Of a stretch of 64,000 nt of DNA, positions 58,401 through 64,000 are shown piece by piece. The position numbers were made by a program, and so were the translations under genes. Position 1 is the stretch's first letter; the number at the start of each line of letters is the position of its first letter. The stretch is from an uncultured archaeon (GTDB lineage: Archaea > Asgardarchaeota > Thorarchaeia > Thorarchaeales > Thorarchaeaceae), in assembly GCA_964558645.1 (NCBI GenBank), contig CAZLEV010000002.1, positions 224,001 through 288,000 on the forward strand, in the 5' to 3' direction. A model generated the notes under the pieces. The model was not told where the DNA came from. It was given only the letters and a program-made list of their open reading frames with translations, and ran no database searches.

Positions 58401-59000
58401 ATGAAACATTGCAGACGCATGCCTGTTCTGATTGTGTTCTGTCTATTGCCGGTCGTCCCTCTTGCGATGATGTGTTCAGCTATATCGGTCCAAGTTGGTC
58501 AATGGGTCCCTGATAATCAAGGACCCACCATAACGCCGGAGATGCCCAACTTCATAGATACCATTGGGACAGGAGAGTGTGACGAGTATTACCTGGTTCT
58601 TCGTGCCAGCGTGAATGATTCCGAAGGCGTGGCAGCAGTAATTGGCAGCTATTGCAACAGGTCAGAGGGTGTCTGGCACAATGTGACCATGTCAGTCAAC
58701 CCTGAATTCGAAAACGGAATCGTCTATGAATCAGAGCCGGTCAACTATACCCTGTGTAACTACAACAGCGGCGTGGTCTGGGACATCAGATTCTACGCCC
58801 AGAACTCCTTGGGCGTATGGTCAATGGGGAACACATCTCAGAGCGTCTGCAGGATATGGATCTCAAACAGCAGAACTACAACACCCGCAGATCTCTCAGG
58901 AGTTACTATTCTGCTGATATTCAGTGTGCCGGCAGCCATCATCGCCATTGTGGTATACGTGAAACGTGTCGGTTCTTCAGCATCCGACCAAACCAGTTGA
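58401..59000 (+). CDS. Small secreted, membrane-anchored Ig-like protein
   Basis: Signal-like N-terminus; DNQGPTI...ASVNDSEGV...FYAQNSLG.W; C-terminal TM + KR. Confidence 0.72.
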   Translation: MKHCRRMPVLIVFCLLPVVPLAMMCSAISVQVGQWVPDNQGPTITPEMPNFIDTIGTGECDEYYLVLRASVNDSEGVAAVIGSYCNRSEGVWHNVTMSVNPEFENGIVYESEPVNYTLCNYNSGVVWDIRFYAQNSLGVWSMGNTSQSVCRIWISNSRTTTPADLSGVTILLIFSVPAAIIAIVVYVKRVGSSASDQTS

Positions 59001-59225
59001 TGAAGTATGTCACGGCGTCGACAACAAGTGCGATTAGGATGGATATCCAACAGCAATTCGCCTTGGCATCGCTTAGAGAGGGCGGTCAATACCGAAGAGC
59101 ACAACGACGGGGGTTAGTGAAGGACAGAATCTAGAGTTTTCAGTTCATCAGGGGGACAAGGTGCGGAGATTCCGCCTGAACTAGAACCACTGAAGACACC
59201 GTGTCGCGCCATTGTCTTGGACTGT

Positions 59226-60680
59226 CTAATCAGACACAGCAGATGGAGACCTATACCCTAGCCGGTGGAGAACTATCAGTACTGAGAAGACGACTGCAAC
59301 AGAGGTTCCGACAAGAGTCAGCAGGAGAGATACGGGACTCAGGAAGGGGATGTCCTGAGATGATGAAGGATGGACTATGACCATCACGGTATCAGATGCA
59401 ACGTTGCCAGCGAGGTCGCGGACCAGCAGCGTGTAGTTGTAGGTCCCTACCTCAAGCCCGTCGATGGTGATACTAATAGTTGATGTCTCCCACGCACCAG
59501 TGTCGATGAGAGTACCGTTCCGGTACAGCTCGTAGGAGCCGGGATGCAGGTCTGAAACGTGCCAGGTGATGGAATGCCCTGTGGTGTCGGCTTCATACTC
59601 GATGTGTCCTGGATGCTCAATCTCTGGGTCGAGGAGATCATAGAGGACAGGATGTTGGTCGACGCTCTGAGCAGCGCCCGGCACCTCATAGTCCCCGACT
59701 CCGTCATAGTCATCCCAGTAGTTGCCATGGGTCCCGTTGTCCCACCGGTTCATGGCACCATCATCGTATCCGTTCGCAGTGTTGTTGAACAGGGTGTTCA
59801 GATACATGAGGCTCCCACTGGCATCCCCTAGGAGATACACACCACGCCTGTTGTATGATGCCGTGTTGCGAATGATGGTGCAATTCCTGACAGAGACGAG
59901 TATGAATCCATCTTCTACATTCGCAGTTGCAGTGTTGTTCTCCAGGGTGCAGTTCTCGGACGGCAGGTGCTCGAAACCGAACCCTAGGGTATAACTGAGG
60001 TTGAAGCCGTGTTGGGTGTTATTGGAGGCCATATTGTCCTTGAGATACAGTCCAACAGCGTAGCGTAAAACGAAGCCTGTCCCCCCATTTGCTGCGGCTG
60101 TGTTTCCAAATACGATGCAGTCAGAGCAATCCGTGAGAAACAGCCCGCTCCCGTTGTTCTCCACCAGCGTGTTTTCAGCAATTGTACACTGCTTCGCGCC
60201 CCAGATAGAAATACCTGTACCGCAGTGAATCACAGTGTTGTTTGTGATAGTGATATCTCTACAGTCTAAGAGGCTGATGCCGATGCCGCAATGGCTGATG
60301 ATGCATCCCTCCACGGCGCCATGTCGAACCCGCTGGAAACGGATGCCGTTATTAGCCATTGTGTCAGGAGAGGAGATGAAGCAGTCGCGGATGACGAAGT
60401 AGACGGTGGTCTGGGAGATAGAGATGGCGGTGTCGTTACTTGTAATGTTCAGCCCCGAGATGACGTAGGGATCCTCCTCGGTGCCGGAGCCGGGCCAGCC
60501 CTGGTCGGTGAAGTTGGTATCTGATGTTATGACGATGGGGTCGTGGGGAGTGTACGATGCGAGTTGCGAGACTCCAGACGCTTGCTGTGATTGAGTCAGC
60601 AGACCACCAGACCCAGGCGGACCATGAATGATCAGCAAGACCATGATGGGTGTGATAGCAGTGGCAGATCTGAAATTCAA
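59226..60680 (-). CDS. NosD/CASH right-handed beta-helix surface protein with Ig domain and C-terminal TM
   Basis: HDPIVI...WPGSGT..DPYVISGL, repeated GI.L....N.TI.NN, GNYWDDY.G.G.Y, TM. Confidence 0.88.
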   Translation of the reverse strand: MNFRSATAITPIMVLLIIHGPPGSGGLLTQSQQASGVSQLASYTPHDPIVITSDTNFTDQGWPGSGTEEDPYVISGLNITSNDTAISISQTTVYFVIRDCFISSPDTMANNGIRFQRVRHGAVEGCIISHCGIGISLLDCRDITITNNTVIHCGTGISIWGAKQCTIAENTLVENNGSGLFLTDCSDCIVFGNTAAANGGTGFVLRYAVGLYLKDNMASNNTQHGFNLSYTLGFGFEHLPSENCTLENNTATANVEDGFILVSVRNCTIIRNTASYNRRGVYLLGDASGSLMYLNTLFNNTANGYDDGAMNRWDNGTHGNYWDDYDGVGDYEVPGAAQSVDQHPVLYDLLDPEIEHPGHIEYEADTTGHSITWHVSDLHPGSYELYRNGTLIDTGAWETSTISITIDGLEVGTYNYTLLVRDLAGNVASDTVMVIVHPSSSQDIPFLSPVSLLLTLVGTSVAVVFSVLIVLHRLGYRSPSAVSD

Positions 60681-60941
60681 CGAACACTCCTCCAGATGCA
60701 GTCAGCGCCGCCTACATATTGTCCCGCTAACCTATAAACACACTACATCCCGCATGTCACCTAGGAGTGGCTTTGCCCAGAGTTGATGATGGGCATTGAA
60801 TCTTATGTGGGGCCCTGATAATCCTTTTACTAAAGCATTCGTTAGCCAAAAAAAACTTTTTATAGATTCGTAGTACAATACATCAAACAAGTCTGTCCTC
60901 ATGATTAATCAAGAGAGATAGGCGGGAGAGGAGATCGTGAT

Positions 60942-61916
60942 ATGAACGAATCTAAGTGTCATCTAACAGTAATCTATCTAGTTCTTCCACTGGTGTTTCT
61001 GTCCTTCTGCTTGGGACCTGTTGTCCTTGCCATTGGTCCCTCAGCACATGAGGAGAGCATCGATGTGTCTGCACATGACGCGTTCTCGACCCTGTCAACG
61101 ATACCGGTCAGTCTAATGTCCAGAGAGACAAGTGGAAACCTATACAGCGAGATGAAAGCAATACGAGAGCTCTTTGTCCAGTACAATCAACAATATGGAA
61201 GCCGTTTGGATATCAACACCGCGACGGGTTCTTCAGCCACCCTCAGCAGAATGCAGTCGTACATCTTGACGACTGAACGTATGCACCTCACGGCTCACGG
61301 CTCCTATGGTGACGAGGGCCCGACACTCCAGTTGTATGGGGGTTACCTCACAAGTAAGGTTGTTAAGGACTGGAGTCTCGAGAGTGGGCTCTGCAAACTG
61401 GTCTACCTCAGCGCGTGTAACGGGATGGGCAAAAACGGTATGCTCAATACTGACTTAGCATACAACCTGCGGCGACGAACGTCGGTCGAAACGGTGCTTG
61501 GTTTCAAGGATGAGATTAGCATAGTCACAGCCACGACAATAAGTCAGTCATTCTGGATGTTCCACGTGACCTATTCCTTTGCAGGAGGTATGTCTGCAGG
61601 AAGCTCGTATCTCAATACTCTTGATAGGATCAACAATAAGATTCTGATAGCCAAAGTCTTAGCCGTTACCTCTGTTGCAACTGCGGTCAGCTACCTTGTT
61701 GCACAACTCGGACTCTCTGCACTTGGCTCAGCATTCATTTCATCTTTGTTAGGCGGGATAACAACGGAACTACTATTAGAGTACCTATTTGGTGAAATGG
61801 AGCGTGGACTGAACAACTGGGAGATCTACGGTAATCATGACTTACCAGGGCTCTGGTGGTATTCCTCCGGCGGAGGAGGAGGAGGCGGAAGTGGTCCCAT
61901 ACATCTTCCATACTAG
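60942..61916 (+). CDS. Secreted protein with CHAT/caspase-like His-Cys motifs, hydrophobic hairpin and Gly-rich tail
   Basis: Signal peptide; MHLTAHG and LVYLSACNG; VLGF; NWEIYGN; SSGGGGGGGSGP. Confidence 0.65.
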   Translation: MNESKCHLTVIYLVLPLVFLSFCLGPVVLAIGPSAHEESIDVSAHDAFSTLSTIPVSLMSRETSGNLYSEMKAIRELFVQYNQQYGSRLDINTATGSSATLSRMQSYILTTERMHLTAHGSYGDEGPTLQLYGGYLTSKVVKDWSLESGLCKLVYLSACNGMGKNGMLNTDLAYNLRRRTSVETVLGFKDEISIVTATTISQSFWMFHVTYSFAGGMSAGSSYLNTLDRINNKILIAKVLAVTSVATAVSYLVAQLGLSALGSAFISSLLGGITTELLLEYLFGEMERGLNNWEIYGNHDLPGLWWYSSGGGGGGGSGPIHLPY

Positions 61917-61974
61917 CTAGAGGGAGCCAGAATCCAGAGGGGTTATATTCCCTCCTTCTCAAGAGGTGATGAGG

Positions 61975-63327
61975 ATGCAAAGCTCAAGGGTTCCTATACA
62001 GGCAATCGTACTGATATCGATCATAGGCCTTTCTGCGATGGTGCCCTCATGGCCTGCGGAAACTATGATGCCACAAGAGGGTGGTGTTCCACGTGACTGT
62101 GATCACATCTCTGCTGGTTATCAGACCACCCGAATCGATGCGATCATAGACTATTTGTCAGTGCTGTATTCAGCAGAGGACAGGGTATTCCGGGGATGGC
62201 TGAGTGCAACCCCCTTTGACCCGAGAATCGGGTTATATCCGAGCATATACGAGGTCTATGACCCCTTCAGAATTGTAAGGCAACTGGGGCGGGAACATGA
62301 CTTCAACTGGACAGACCCCATCGAGTTCCTCAGAGGCCTTGTGAACACAGACCCGGCATCTCCATACTACGGGCTGGTAAACGATTCGATAAGCCATTCC
62401 ACCTCCGTGATAACACTTGCTGTTGCAGTGGAGCTGTTCCCCCAGCTCGGGCTGGAGGACTGGCTCTATCCTCAGGAGATTGCGAATTACATCGCGCAAG
62501 CCCAGACGCCTCAGGGAGGATTCAGACTACATGCGACCGATACAGAATACATTCCCGACATGATCGTGACCCGGCGTGCCTTGGAAGCCCTGCACGCCCT
62601 TGACCTGCTCTCGGAGATCGATGCGGTTGCTGCACTGGAGTGGGTCATGTCCTGCTACCAAGAGGATGGCGGCTTCTCCAACTGGCCGGAGGTCGAGCCC
62701 CTTCCGGATGTCGTTCCTCTGGGGCTCTTCAGTCTGGAATACCTAGGCCGGACCGACCTCATTCGGGTCGAGGACACCACTGAGTATCTCTTGCAGTACT
62801 GGGACAACAGCACGGGTTGTGCCAGAGGGGGGACCATTGTGAACACGGAACGGCTCGTCTGGTCCCTGTTGACCCTTGGGACCTTTGACAGGATCGACGA
62901 GACTGCTCTGCTAGAGTGGGTGCTGGCATGCCAGACCAGTCATAATGGAGCATTCTTATCCCACCCGGCTGCGGAGTCCAGCAATGAGCGCATGGAGTGG
63001 TGCCGGGCTGCCGTGCACATCTTGTATCTGTGTGACAGACTGGACCTGCTGGAAGAGGAGATTACCGTGCAAGTGGCTCCTGAATACACAGTTGACCCAT
63101 GGTACATAGACTATGTCAATGAACATTTTGGGACCACCACAACGCCCGGAAACTGGTTCTATCCGGTCCTGCCCAACATTGACCTGCTCGGGATGCTTGT
63201 GACAGCCATGCCCTACGTTGTCATAGGGGCCATTGTTGCGTCTCCGGGGCTCTACATCCTGTGGGCACGAGAGAAGAAGCGAGCTGAGCGTCGTGCCATG
63301 CGAGAAAAGCGCAAGAGGGGAAGATAA
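61975..63327 (+). CDS. Prenyltransferase/squalene-oxidase-repeat (alpha/alpha barrel) protein, secreted and membrane-anchored
   Basis: Repeats YIAQAQTPQGGF, WVMSCYQEDGGFS, WVLACQTSHNGAF; N-terminal signal; C-terminal TM + basic tail. Confidence 0.82.
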   Translation: MQSSRVPIQAIVLISIIGLSAMVPSWPAETMMPQEGGVPRDCDHISAGYQTTRIDAIIDYLSVLYSAEDRVFRGWLSATPFDPRIGLYPSIYEVYDPFRIVRQLGREHDFNWTDPIEFLRGLVNTDPASPYYGLVNDSISHSTSVITLAVAVELFPQLGLEDWLYPQEIANYIAQAQTPQGGFRLHATDTEYIPDMIVTRRALEALHALDLLSEIDAVAALEWVMSCYQEDGGFSNWPEVEPLPDVVPLGLFSLEYLGRTDLIRVEDTTEYLLQYWDNSTGCARGGTIVNTERLVWSLLTLGTFDRIDETALLEWVLACQTSHNGAFLSHPAAESSNERMEWCRAAVHILYLCDRLDLLEEEITVQVAPEYTVDPWYIDYVNEHFGTTTTPGNWFYPVLPNIDLLGMLVTAMPYVVIGAIVASPGLYILWAREKKRAERRAMREKRKRGR

Positions 63328-63519
63328 GAGCAACGCAGTTGATTATGCTGGCGTTAATGGTCCTTCATGCTCAGAGTTGGATTCATCATCAGAAGGCTAC
63401 CAGGAGGGGGCTGGAATCTTAGTAGCTAGAAGTTGGTATGATGCCTGCATGCTTTAGAATCTCGCCTCAAAATGAAAGGAAAGCGAGTGCCTCCTCCAAA
63501 AGAGCAGGCACTGTTGGGG

Positions 63520-63667
63520 TTATCTCTGAGCTTGAAGTTGCTTGATTGCATTGATTATCTCTGGCACAACATCAAATAAGTCGCCGACAATACCAAAGTC
63601 CGCAATCTCGAAGATTGGTGCCTCAGGATCTTTGTTCACTGCAACCACTATGTCTGACGACGACATG
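63520..63667 (-). pseudogene. etfA: Electron transfer flavoprotein alpha subunit, 3' remnant
   Basis: [35 protein letters not shown] is the EtfA C-terminus; the upstream sequence is unrelated and lacks GISGA.QH.AG. Confidence 0.82.
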
Positions 63668-63871
63668 TCGACAAAGGGATTTCTTCTTAATCTATAGACA
63701 AGAGGTTGCTTCTTGTTGAGAATCCACCGCAGTTCATGAGATATCTCAGAATTGGATGGCCATTCTGGCACTGTGTCCATTCTTTGGAATCTTTCTAGAG
63801 AGAGATCGAATCTTTCAAACGGTAAGTTTATTTGAGAAGTTGACAAATGAGTATTGATTGGGGGTCGTAAT

Positions 63872-64000
63872 ATGGTTGCAGTAGACTTGAAAAAACTAAG
63901 AGTACTGGCAGTTGCTACTGCTATATATACTGCTGCTTTTGCAGTCTTGATTCCTGCAACAATTGCACTTCCTGCTCAGAAGATTGGTTTAGTTGTTGAT
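63872..64000 (+). CDS. Start of a secreted/membrane protein (3'-partial)
   Basis: [32 protein letters not shown]... signal-like; open to the window end. Confidence 0.55.
   Translation, partial: MVAVDLKKLRVLAVATAIYTAAFAVLIPATIALPAQKIGLVVD

Noticed and set aside
325-63457. Numerous 60-200 aa ORFs antisense to or nested in the called genes
   Set aside because: They are shadow ORFs without motifs that overlap well-supported CDSs.
1-64000. tRNA, rRNA genes or CRISPR array
   Set aside because: GGTTCGA-like hits (about 2971 and 31739) lie inside CDSs without cloverleaf arms, and I saw no regularly spaced repeats. This was a by-eye scan only.

Overview
Gene-dense archaeal chromosomal segment, most likely from an Asgard archaeon of Thorarchaeia type. 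This is an inference from a Rab-like GTPase, PCI-like winged-helix proteins, an archaeal histone and many C-terminally anchored Ig/NosD surface proteins. About 60 CDSs cover DNA repair (Ogt/MGMT, MutY-like, Nei-like, Nth), transport (polar amino-acid ABC, heterodimeric ABC exporter, MFS, MscL), redox and metabolism, and a surface-protein-rich right end. I found no rRNA, tRNA, CRISPR array or transposase. The strongest candidate for an undescribed system is a tightly coupled four-gene minus-strand operon (7059-14521). It encodes an FG-GAP-type beta-propeller/Zn-ribbon/2xPCI-like protein, a TM-dCache-TM-HAMP-TPR-VWA receptor, an output-less TM-dCache-TM-HAMP partner and a bacterial-type arginine decarboxylase. 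Both Cache pockets have an acidic residue in place of the carboxylate-binding Arg, which suggests kinase-free agmatine/amine signalling. Other highlights: a split PEP-synthase-like dikinase, a dispersed ~180-bp structured non-coding repeat in 3 copies, a second 43-bp repeat, a Lys-tailed short histone, a secreted CHAT/caspase-like protein paired with a prenyltransferase-fold protein, two frameshifted genes and an etfA 3' remnant. All family assignments come from motif recognition by eye, not database searches.
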